Of a stretch of DNA of 32,000 nucleotides, positions 9,677 to 17,484 are shown one piece after another. Origin of the DNA: Pyrodictium abyssi (GTDB taxonomy: Archaea; Thermoproteota; Thermoprotei_A; Sulfolobales; Pyrodictiaceae). The stretch spans positions 1,740,001-1,772,000 of the forward strand of contig NZ_AP028907.1 of the NCBI RefSeq assembly GCF_036323395.1. The letters run 5' to 3'. Made by a program: the position numbers and the translations under genes. A model generated the notes under the pieces. That model saw only the letters and a list, made by a program, of their open reading frames with translations, searched no databases and had not been told where the DNA came from. The stretch's first letter is position 1, and each line of letters begins with the position of its first letter.

Positions 9677-11137
9677 CTATTCTATGCCGAGGCTAGGCCA
9701 TATCTCGTCTATCCGCCTAGCCACCTCGGGGTCCGGTTCGACCTCCTGAGGCCAGGGGCGGCCCTGGTTCTCCTCCGGCAGCTTCCGGGTAGCATCTATG
9801 CCCAGCTTGCTCCCGTAGCCGGGCACCGGGGCTGCTGGGTCAAGGTGGTCGGTGTGGGTGTTGGGTACTACTAGTACGTCGCGCTGGGGGTCTACGTTGG
9901 CCGAGACCGCCCAGATCACCTGGTTCAGGTCGTGCACGTCTATGTCGTGGTCCACCACGATTATTGTCTTCGTGAGCGCCATCTGGCCGAGGCCCCACAG
10001 GGCCATCATGACCTTCTTAGCGTGGCCGGGGTAGCGCTTCCTTATCGAGACTATCGCCATGCCCTGGAAGACGCCGTACTCTGGCAGGTTGATGTCCACT
10101 ATCTCGGGGAGGAGCATCCGGAGCACGGGGAGGAAGACCCTCTCGACAGCCTTGCCTATAGCCGCGTCCTCCATCGGCGGCTTCCCGACCACGGTGCCGA
10201 CGTAGATGGGGTCGCGGCGCATCCAGATACGCTCCACGGTCATGACGGGGAACCGGTGGACTGGCTCGTCGTAGTAGCCCCAGTGGTCCCCGAAGGGGCC
10301 CTCTGGGGCCTCCCGGCCGGGCTCCACGTAGCCCTCCACCACTACCTCGGCAGATGCCGGGACGTGTATCCCGGAGGGGAGCCGGTAGACCTCGACCCCC
10401 CGGCCGGCCATGAAGCCCGCGAAGAGCAGCTTGTCCATGGGGTAGGGCACCGGCATGACCCCGGTGAGCATTGTGGCCGGGTCGGAGCCTATCACTATCG
10501 CTACTGGTAGCCTCTCCTCCCCCTGCTCGGCCGCAGACAGGTAGGCGTGGCGGCCCCGCTTGTGGAGCTGCCAGTGCACCACCGCCTCACGGGGCCCCCG
10601 GAGCATGACGCGGTACACGCCTATGTTGGTGACACCCCTCTCAGGGTCCACCGTGTAGACCTGGCCGAAGGTTATGTAGCGGCCCCCGTCCCGAGGCCAC
10701 GTCTTGAACACCGGGAGCTTCTCGAGGCTAGCCTCCCCGCCCTCGAGCACAATGTCCTCAAACGCCGCCCTCCTAGCCCGGCGGGGCGTATAACGGCCCA
10801 CGTCTAGCACGTCGCGGAGGCTGCGGAGCTTCTCCCCCAGGGTGAGGGGCGGGGCGCGGGCCGTGAGCGAGACTAGGCGCTCCCCGATGTCCTCGAGCCG
10901 GTCAACGCCGAGCGCCAGCCTTATCCTGTCCAGTGTGCCGAAGAGGTTCCCAGCCACCCGCCAGCCGGGGTACCCCTTCACGTTCTCGAAGAGGAGCGCG
11001 GGGCCCCGGCGCTGCATCACGCGGCGGAGTACCTCGGGTATCTCGAGCACCGGGCTCAGCTCGGCCCGGACGCGGCGGAGCTGGCCCCTCTCCTCCAGGG
11101 CTTCTAGGAAGCCTCGTAGGTCCTGGAAGGCTGCCAC
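9677..11137 (-). CDS. UbiD-family (prenyl-FMN-dependent) decarboxylase
   Basis: MAAFQDLRGFLEALEERGQLRRV, ARAPPLTLGEKL, PFGDHWGYYDEPVHRFPVMTVERIWMRRDPIYVGTVVGKPPMEDAAIG match UbiD. Confidence 0.93.
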   Translation of the reverse strand: MAAFQDLRGFLEALEERGQLRRVRAELSPVLEIPEVLRRVMQRRGPALLFENVKGYPGWRVAGNLFGTLDRIRLALGVDRLEDIGERLVSLTARAPPLTLGEKLRSLRDVLDVGRYTPRRARRAAFEDIVLEGGEASLEKLPVFKTWPRDGGRYITFGQVYTVDPERGVTNIGVYRVMLRGPREAVVHWQLHKRGRHAYLSAAEQGEERLPVAIVIGSDPATMLTGVMPVPYPMDKLLFAGFMAGRGVEVYRLPSGIHVPASAEVVVEGYVEPGREAPEGPFGDHWGYYDEPVHRFPVMTVERIWMRRDPIYVGTVVGKPPMEDAAIGKAVERVFLPVLRMLLPEIVDINLPEYGVFQGMAIVSIRKRYPGHAKKVMMALWGLGQMALTKTIIVVDHDIDVHDLNQVIWAVSANVDPQRDVLVVPNTHTDHLDPAAPVPGYGSKLGIDATRKLPEENQGRPWPQEVEPDPEVARRIDEIWPSLGIE

Positions 11138-12201
11138 TGCTCCCGAGCCCCCTGCTCTGACCCGCTGGGCTGCTGGGCCTCCTGCGCGGCCGGCGTGCTG
11201 GGGACCACGACTACCAGTACGTCGTCGCGCTCTATTACCATGTCGTCGTCCGGGTTGGCTATGAGGCGGCCCTGCCTCCGGAGAGCCACCGGGGTCATCC
11301 CCTTGCGCCGTAGCTCCAGCAGTACGTCGATGTAGCGTCTCCCGGCGTAGGGGCCGGCCGGCATCTCGTGCAGCTCTATGGGCCTCTCCTCGGCCCTCGA
11401 TATGTTCTCGACGAACATAGCCGCGCCGGGCTCTAGGAGGCTAGCCGCCAGCATCCTGCCGCCGAGGTCCCGGGTCGGCACCACTATGTCCGCGCCGGCC
11501 TTGTGTAGTAGCTCGACGTTCTCTGGGTGCAGGGCCTCGGCAACTATCCTCGCGCTCGCGTTCAGCCCGCGCACAGCGAGGACAACCAGCACGGTCTTGG
11601 CGTCGTCGTTGGTGCTCACCATCACCATGTTCGCGCGGGGCACGTTGGCCCGTAGCAGCGTGTCGCGGCGCGTCGGGTCGCCGCGGACGATGGTTATGCC
11701 CCCGATGTCTATCTGCCTCATGACCGCCGCCGGCTTCTCGGTGACGAGTACTATGTCGCCGCTGTAGCCGCGGCCCCGTAGCTCCCTTATCGCCGCCTCG
11801 CTGGCCGGAGTCCAGCCTATCACGACTACGTGGCGGACGCCACGGTACCTTATGTAGCCCTGCCTCCTCCTCTCAGCAGCCTCCACTATCGTGCCGGCCG
11901 CGACCGACACTAGGGCCGTGTACACGGCTATACCCGAGACTATGGTGAGCATCGCTATTGCTCTCCCAGCCCCCGTGGAGGGCACTATGTCCCCGTAGCC
12001 CACAGTAGTCATCGTGACCAGAGCCCAGTAGAGCCCCGTGACCGGGTCGACCCCCTCCACGAGGGAGAACGAGAGCCCGGAGATGAACCAGACGACCACG
12101 GCTATCAGGGCTATGTCGAATATTACGTTGCGCTGGAGCTGCCTAGCGATACGGTGCACTAGCCTCCTAGCCAGGCTAAGCACGGCTGCTAGTAGCGACA
12201 A
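11104..12201 (-). CDS. Potassium channel with ion-channel pore and C-terminal TrkA-N/TrkA-C (RCK) domains
   Basis: Selectivity filter TTVGYGDIVP; Rossmann region VVIGWTPASEAAIRELRGRG; C-terminal TrkA-C-like GRRYIDVLLELRRKGMTPVAL. Confidence 0.93.
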   Translation of the reverse strand: MSLLAAVLSLARRLVHRIARQLQRNVIFDIALIAVVVWFISGLSFSLVEGVDPVTGLYWALVTMTTVGYGDIVPSTGAGRAIAMLTIVSGIAVYTALVSVAAGTIVEAAERRRQGYIRYRGVRHVVVIGWTPASEAAIRELRGRGYSGDIVLVTEKPAAVMRQIDIGGITIVRGDPTRRDTLLRANVPRANMVMVSTNDDAKTVLVVLAVRGLNASARIVAEALHPENVELLHKAGADIVVPTRDLGGRMLAASLLEPGAAMFVENISRAEERPIELHEMPAGPYAGRRYIDVLLELRRKGMTPVALRRQGRLIANPDDDMVIERDDVLVVVVPSTPAAQEAQQPSGSEQGAREQWQPSRTYEAS

Positions 12202-12294
12202 GGCCTCCAGAAACCCCGGCCAAGACGCTATACCAGCAGCCCCCGGGGGCCCATTAAGGGTTAGCGCCCCTCCCCCGGGGCCCCTGGGGGCGCG

Positions 12295-13728
12295 CTAGCC
12301 GGCCCCCAGACGTTCTAGCCAGCGGCCATAGACCCGTAGCGCCCAGAGGGCGCGGGCCGCCCGGGCCTCGCTGGGGTAGACGGGTACCCCCGCTACCTGC
12401 TCTAGCCTCCGGGCTATGCTCCAGGCCCGGGCGCCGCCCGTCACCGAGGCTACTACCGGTATCCCGGGGTTCTCGCGGATCACCTCGGCTATCTTCTCGG
12501 GCAGCTCCCCGGTTATCCCGGAGAGGTTGAAGTAGGGTATGAGGAGCACCGCGTCGGCCTCACCGCTCTCGAGGACTACGCGCAGGCTCTCGACCATGTG
12601 CTCGTCGACCGCCGAGCCGGTCACGTCTACCGGGTTCCGGGGGCTGGCTATCGGGAGGAGGACGCGGCGCAGCCGGGCCTGTGTACGCTCGCTGAGCTCC
12701 GGCACCTGGAGCCCCAGCTCGCTGAGCTCGTCGGAGGCCATAACGCCGCTCCCGCCGCCCACGGTTATCACGGCCACCCGGTCGCCCCTCATAGGGGGCT
12801 GGAGGGCCAGCGCCAGGGCGAGGTCGAACATCTCCTCCGGGCTACGGGCAGGCACCACCCCGGTCTGGCGGAACACGGCCTGGTAGACCTGGTAGCTGCC
12901 CGCCAGGCTCCCCGTGTGGCTCGCCGCAGCCCGGGCCCCGGCCTCGCTACGCCCCGCCTTCAGCGCCACCACCGGCTTCACCGGCGTAGTCTCCTCGAGC
13001 GCCCGGCGCAGCCGCCGCCCGTCCTCCACCCCCTCTATGTAGAGGGCTATGCTGCGGGTCTCCGGGTCCCGGCGGAGGAACGCTAGCAGGTCCGCCTCGT
13101 CCACGTCGGCCTTGTTCCCGACGCTCACGAAGCGGCTGACACCCAGGCCCCGGGCCTCGGCCCAGTCGAGCACAGCCGCGCCCAGCGCCCCGCTCTGGCT
13201 GATGAACGCGATGGGCCCCGGCCCCGGCAGCCCCTGCCTCTCGGGGTCGAAGAAGGTCGCGTTCACGCCCGTCGAGGGCGAGTACACGCCTATACAGTTG
13301 GGGCCCACCAGGCGCAGCCCGTAGCGCCGCGCAGTCTCTACCAGCCTCTTCTCCAGCTCGGCCCCCGCCGGCCCCACCTCCCGGAACCCAGCGCTGAGCA
13401 CGACCACGCCGCGCAGCCCGCGGCGCCCAGCCTCCTCCACCACCCGGGGCACCGCCCGCGCCGGGACCGCGACCACTGCGAGGTCCACGGGGTCCGGTAC
13501 CTCTAGGAGGCTAGGGTAGGCCGGCAGCCCGAGGATCTCCCTGGCACGGGGGTTGACAGGGTAGACCGGGCCCTGGTACATCGACTTGAGGTTCCGCAGC
13601 ACCGTGTAGCCAACCTTCCCCGGGACACGGGACGCGCCCACAACGGCTACGCCCCGGGGCCGGAAGAACACCTCAACGCCCTCGCCGACAGGTGGACGGC
13701 TAGACTGCAAGACCAGTACACTCCCCAT
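12295..13728 (-). CDS. Acyl-CoA synthetase (NDP-forming), alpha-subunit-like
   Basis: FFRPRGVAVVGASRVPGKVGYTVLRNLKSMYQGPVYPVNP, GLRLVGPNCIGVYSP, GPIAFISQSGALGAAVLDWA, VITVGGGSGVMASDE. Confidence 0.92.
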   Translation of the reverse strand: MGSVLVLQSSRPPVGEGVEVFFRPRGVAVVGASRVPGKVGYTVLRNLKSMYQGPVYPVNPRAREILGLPAYPSLLEVPDPVDLAVVAVPARAVPRVVEEAGRRGLRGVVVLSAGFREVGPAGAELEKRLVETARRYGLRLVGPNCIGVYSPSTGVNATFFDPERQGLPGPGPIAFISQSGALGAAVLDWAEARGLGVSRFVSVGNKADVDEADLLAFLRRDPETRSIALYIEGVEDGRRLRRALEETTPVKPVVALKAGRSEAGARAAASHTGSLAGSYQVYQAVFRQTGVVPARSPEEMFDLALALALQPPMRGDRVAVITVGGGSGVMASDELSELGLQVPELSERTQARLRRVLLPIASPRNPVDVTGSAVDEHMVESLRVVLESGEADAVLLIPYFNLSGITGELPEKIAEVIRENPGIPVVASVTGGARAWSIARRLEQVAGVPVYPSEARAARALWALRVYGRWLERLGAG

Positions 13729-14066
13729 ACACTATAGCCGCCTCCATAGGGGAAAAGAGGGCTCCGCCGCCGACCCGTAGAGAAGCAGGCTCCAGGACCG
13801 GGCTGCCGGGGGCCAGGCGCGCCCGCTAGCTCCTTGGAGTGGCAAGGCCCCCGGGGGCTGTCTGGTGCCATCTACATGCCGTCCCCTCGGGCTGTAGCCC
13901 CCGGGGGACCGTGAGCCTGGTGTAGGTGCTCTAGCAGCTCTACTGGCTCCTATACCGGGTGCCGCCGGGCCTCCTCCGCCAAGGCCTTCTACGAGGGCGC
14001 CCCACGGGGCCCGGGGATACCTATGTTTCGGTATATTCGCTACGCTACCTCCGGGTGGCGGCTCGG

Positions 14067-14342
14067 GTGGTTAGGGTTAAGACAACAAGTATCTACGTGG
14101 ACCGCGACTTGTGGAAGAGGTTTAGAGACTATGCTAGGAGGAAGGGTATAGAGGCCTCTAGGCTACTAGAGGAGCTCATGCTAGAGGCTATGCTGGAAGA
14201 GGAGGTTCTAAGAGCCCTAGAGGCCCTGGAGGAAAAACCACTCCTAGAGCTCGACTTCGAGCCCGTAGAGCCCCGAGGAGGCACAGTGAGCGAGCTGGTC
14301 AGGGAGACGAGGGATGAGCAGGCCAATAGTATATCTCGATAG
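14067..14342 (+). CDS. VapB-like ribbon-helix-helix antitoxin (the longer ORF begins at 13959 but the likely start is GTG 14067)
   Basis: VVRVKTTSIYVDRDLWKRFRDYARRKGIEASRLLEELMLEAMLEE, RHH-type DNA-binding pattern; overlaps the start of a vapC relic. Confidence 0.75.
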   Translation: MVRVKTTSIYVDRDLWKRFRDYARRKGIEASRLLEELMLEAMLEEEVLRALEALEEKPLLELDFEPVEPRGGTVSELVRETRDEQANSISR

Positions 14343-14760
14343 CAGCGCTATAGTCGGGAGGCACGTCCTCGAGCCCGGTAGCCGGTACGTCAGAAGCATA
14401 TACGCACGAGCCTACGGGGGCGAGGCCAAAATCTCGTTCAGCGTATGGAACATCGGAAAGGTGCTGGGAGCCCCGGGACCGGGCTAGAGGGCCAGGGCAG
14501 ACTAGACGAGGAGGCGTGTAGAACTGCTAGGAGGAGGTTCATCGGCGAAACCCGGAGGATGGCGAGAACCGGAACACTCATCCTGGTCCCAGTCACCCCC
14601 AAGGATCCTCCGAGAAGCCTGGAGTGTAACCGAGGAGCACCACGTCTACGCCGCAGACGCCCTACAGGTAGCCTCGGCCAAGCACATCGGGGCAGCAGGG
14701 CTCGCCACCAGGGACCAGAGGCTCCACGAGGCAGCATCAGCCGAGGGCCTCAGAAGCACG
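14314..14760 (+). pseudogene. VapC PIN-domain toxin, disrupted by two compensating frameshifts
   Basis: Frame 1 from ATG 14314: MSRPIVYLDSSAIVGRHVLEPGSRYVRSIYARAYGGEAKISFSVWNIGKVLGA, then stop 14485-14487. Frame 3 continues GRLDEEACRTARRRFIGETRRMARTGTLILVPVT; from about 14602 frame 1 resumes RILREAWSVTEEHHVYAADALQVASAKHIGAAGLATRDQRLHEAASAEGLRST. Confidence 0.88.
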
Positions 14761-15073
14761 CCCCCTCCCCCTAGCCGGGGCAAACGGACCGGCACAGCCC
14801 CCGGGCAGCCTCCTCCCGGGTGGCCACCGCTGCTAGGCTCATAGCCACGCTATCATCCGCCAGCGCCATCGGCCCTGGTAGCCGGTGCGCGCCGTGTATG
14901 CTTACGGGCCGGCTTGGCGCCTGCTGTACGGTGAACGCCCACGTTGGGGCCCCATGGGGGTTTGGCGAGACGCCTCAGAGGCGCCCGGGGGCCGGGTAGC
15001 CGGGCATGGTAGACCCGGGGGCTGAGCTTAACTAGGTGTACCGTGCAGTACTACCGGTGGGTGCTACCTGGGC

Positions 15074-15307
15074 TTGTCTGTCGTCGTGAGCTTCAAGGTT
15101 AGGAGAGAAGTAAAGGAGCTTATGGACAAGTACCGTGACAGGGTCAACTGGGCTGAGGAGCTCCGGAGGTTCGTCGAGGAGAAGATCCGGCAGCTCCGGG
15201 CCGAGGAGAACCTGGCCGAGATACTAGAGGAGCTCAGGAAAGCCGGGTGGAGCGTACCCAAGGGCTTCTCAGTGAAGAGTGTGAGGGAGGACCGTGATAG
15301 CCGTTGA
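15074..15307 (+). CDS. VapB-like antitoxin
   Basis: TTG start; MSVVVSFKVRREVKELMDKYRDRVNWAEELRRFVEEKIRQLRAEENLAEILEELRKAGW; overlaps the downstream PIN gene by 14 nt. Confidence 0.85.
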   Translation: MSVVVSFKVRREVKELMDKYRDRVNWAEELRRFVEEKIRQLRAEENLAEILEELRKAGWSVPKGFSVKSVREDRDSR

Positions 15308-15692
15308 TGCCTCCGCCATCGTGGCCTTCTTCCTACGCGAAGAGGGCTGGGAGAAGCTAGCAGAGTACATGCGTGAGACAGTATCCCTAGACCTCGTCGT
15401 GAAGGAGTTCTACAACGCTGTCTGGAAGGCGGTACGCCTCCACAGGCTAGGCCCCGACGACGCCGAGAAAGCTCTAGCACTCTTCAGGAAGTACGTCGAC
15501 GGGAACATGGTCCTGAGGAACGAGCTAGACTACGTGGACAAGGGGTTCAGGATAGCCCTCGAAGAGGGCATAACCGTCTACGACGCCCTATACATAGCCC
15601 TAGCCCTTGAAGAGTCCACACCCCTACTAACACTAGACAGCAGGCAGAGGCACATAGCACAGAAATACGGCATAGCAGTACTCCCGCCCTAG
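15294..15692 (+). CDS. VapC-like PIN-domain ribonuclease toxin
   Basis: PIN acidic residues: VDASAIVAFF, KEFYNAVWKA, ITVYDALYIALA, LLTLDSRQ. Confidence 0.92.
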   Translation: MIAVDASAIVAFFLREEGWEKLAEYMRETVSLDLVVKEFYNAVWKAVRLHRLGPDDAEKALALFRKYVDGNMVLRNELDYVDKGFRIALEEGITVYDALYIALALEESTPLLTLDSRQRHIAQKYGIAVLPP

Positions 15693-16045
15693 ACCCCGCC
15701 AAGACAGAACCCGGAGCCCCAGACAGAGCACAGGCACGATACAGCCACCACCTCTAGCCCCGCTTCCGGGCCCCCAGGGCAGCCTCCCGGCTACAGCCGC
15801 CCGGGGGGCAGGCAGCAGCTCGGCGCCACCGGGGCCACCCGGGCCCGCCGGAGCCACCGCCGCACACACCGGTAACGTTCCCGGCGCCCCTGGCAGCTCC
15901 GAGAAGCCCCGAGCAACCCCCTGCCTAGAGCCAGAACCCATGCAGGAATCCTCCTGGGAGAAGAGTGTCTGCCCCCAGGGCGGTGCTCTCCGGCTGTGCC
16001 ATGGGCCGGGGCCCGGGAGACACGTAGACATGTATACACGTAGTA

Positions 16046-16339
16046 ATGTTTATCGCCGGGATGCGCTCCAAGGCCCCCTCCCGGGGGACCCTGTTGCCTA
16101 GGTACACGACTATCCGGGTCTCTGTCGAGGACAAGAAGAGACTCGAGAGGCTAGCCAGGCTCATGGGGTGGAGCCTTAGCGAGGCCCTAAGACACGCCAT
16201 AGAGGTGGCCGAGAGGGAGCTTCTAGAGAAGCACCGGAGCGACCTCAACGCCGTACTAGACTCGCTACGGCATGCCCGGGACCTGGGGGAGACCAGCGCC
16301 GAGGAGCTAGATAGGCTCCTCTACGGTGAAGCTGAGTGA
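16046..16339 (+). CDS. RHH (CopG/Arc-like) antitoxin
   Basis: YTTIRVSVEDKKRLERLARLMGWSLSEALRHAIEVAERELLEKH; overlaps the PIN gene by 4 nt. Confidence 0.85.
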   Translation: MFIAGMRSKAPSRGTLLPRYTTIRVSVEDKKRLERLARLMGWSLSEALRHAIEVAERELLEKHRSDLNAVLDSLRHARDLGETSAEELDRLLYGEAE

Positions 16340-16830
16340 CAGTCTTAGTAGACACCGGCGTCTTCTTCGCATACTATAGCCTGAGAGACAAGTACCACAT
16401 GGACTCCGTGGCACTGGTAATCCACATGGCGGAGGGGAGGTGGGGGAGAGCGTACATCACGAGCCACGTACTCGACGAGACGCTCAACATCCTAAAGTAC
16501 AGGGTGTCGAGCAGCACCGCCCAGGCGTTCATAGAGGCCTTCATAGACCGGGGCATAGTACGCGTAATCCACGCCGACAGGGAGACCGAGGAGGAGGCGC
16601 TGAAGCTGTTCCGGGAGAACATCGGCAGGAGGGGCTTCAGCTACACCGACGCAGTGACAGTAGCCACCGCTAGGAGGTACGGCATAACACACCTCCTATC
16701 CTACGACGTCAGGTCGTTCACCGGCCTAGTAGAGAAAATCACCGGCCCAGGCTACTGGGACACCCTGCCAAGCCAGGAGAAAGACAGGATACTCGGGCTA
16801 CTAAGACAGCGCAGAAAGAGGCACACCTAG
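16336..16830 (+). CDS. PIN-domain toxin, subfamily distinct from the 15294 gene
   Basis: VLVDTGVFFAYYSLRDKYH, ITSHVLDETLNILKYR, FSYTDAVTVATARRYG, HLLSYDVRSF give the PIN acidic residues. Confidence 0.9.
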   Translation: MTVLVDTGVFFAYYSLRDKYHMDSVALVIHMAEGRWGRAYITSHVLDETLNILKYRVSSSTAQAFIEAFIDRGIVRVIHADRETEEEALKLFRENIGRRGFSYTDAVTVATARRYGITHLLSYDVRSFTGLVEKITGPGYWDTLPSQEKDRILGLLRQRRKRHT

Positions 16831-16963
16831 AGCCCAAACCCGCCCCCGCGCGGCAGCCCAGCCCGGTCAGCGTCTTGCCCTCACGCCGCGGAGCCGGGGC
16901 CGGTGCCAGGCTCCCGGGGACGATTGCGGCCCGTGGCTGATGCAAGGTTGTCTAGGGCCGCGG

Positions 16964-17417
16964 ATGAAGCCCCCTACGGGGCAGGCTCGTCCTCGACGCT
17001 AGCGTGCTGATAGAGATCCTAGCCGGGAGCAAGCCCGCCGCAGCACTCGTAGACTCCATAGTATCCGGCGAAGCCGAGGCATACGCTACGAGGCTCGGGC
17101 TCACAGAGGCGCTCCACGTGACGTGCAGGCTCTGGGGCTAGGAGAAGGCGCAGGAGAGGATACAGGCCCTCATAGACTCCGGGATGGCCACGATAATCGA
17201 GGACGAGGAGGTATGGAGCCTCGCGGCGAGCTGCAAGTGCAGAATACCCATAAGCCTAGGAGACTGCTACACGCTCGCAGCAGCCAAGAGGTACAGGCTC
17301 AGACCCCTCTTCCTAAAACCCGAGAAAGAGCTGCTAGAGAGCGCCGAGAGGATAAGACAGTGGCTAGACGGGGACCCCGAGTACCTCACCCCACCGCCCC
17401 CACGTAGCTCCGGCTGA
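16964..17417 (+). pseudogene. VapC PIN-domain toxin relic with an in-frame TAG and a probable frameshift right after the start
   Basis: Frame 3: GRLVLDASVLIEILAGSKPAAALVDSIVSGEAEAYATRLGLTEALHVTCRLWG-TAG(17139-17141)-EKAQERIQALIDSGMATIIEDEEVWSLAASCKCRIPISLGDCYTLAAAKRYRLRPLFLKPEKELLESAERIRQWLDGDPEYLT. Only ATG 16964 is nearby, and it is one base out of frame. Confidence 0.85.
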
Positions 17418-17484
17418 CAGAACCCAGGCCAGAGAGTATTGAAGCAGCGCCACAACGGTAGAAGAGCGCACAGGAGGAGGGGCC

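Noticed and set aside
9932-10510. Plus-strand 192-aa ORF antisense to UbiD
   Set aside because: His/Asp/Val-rich shadow ORF with no family motif; the UbiD frame is strongly supported.
15064-15480. Minus-strand 138-aa ORF
   Set aside because: Antisense to a well-supported vapBC pair.
16964-17417. Pyrrolysine-style readthrough of the in-frame TAG
   Set aside because: TAG is one substitution from a likely TGG, there is an additional frameshift near the start, and no pyl system is visible; decay is simpler.
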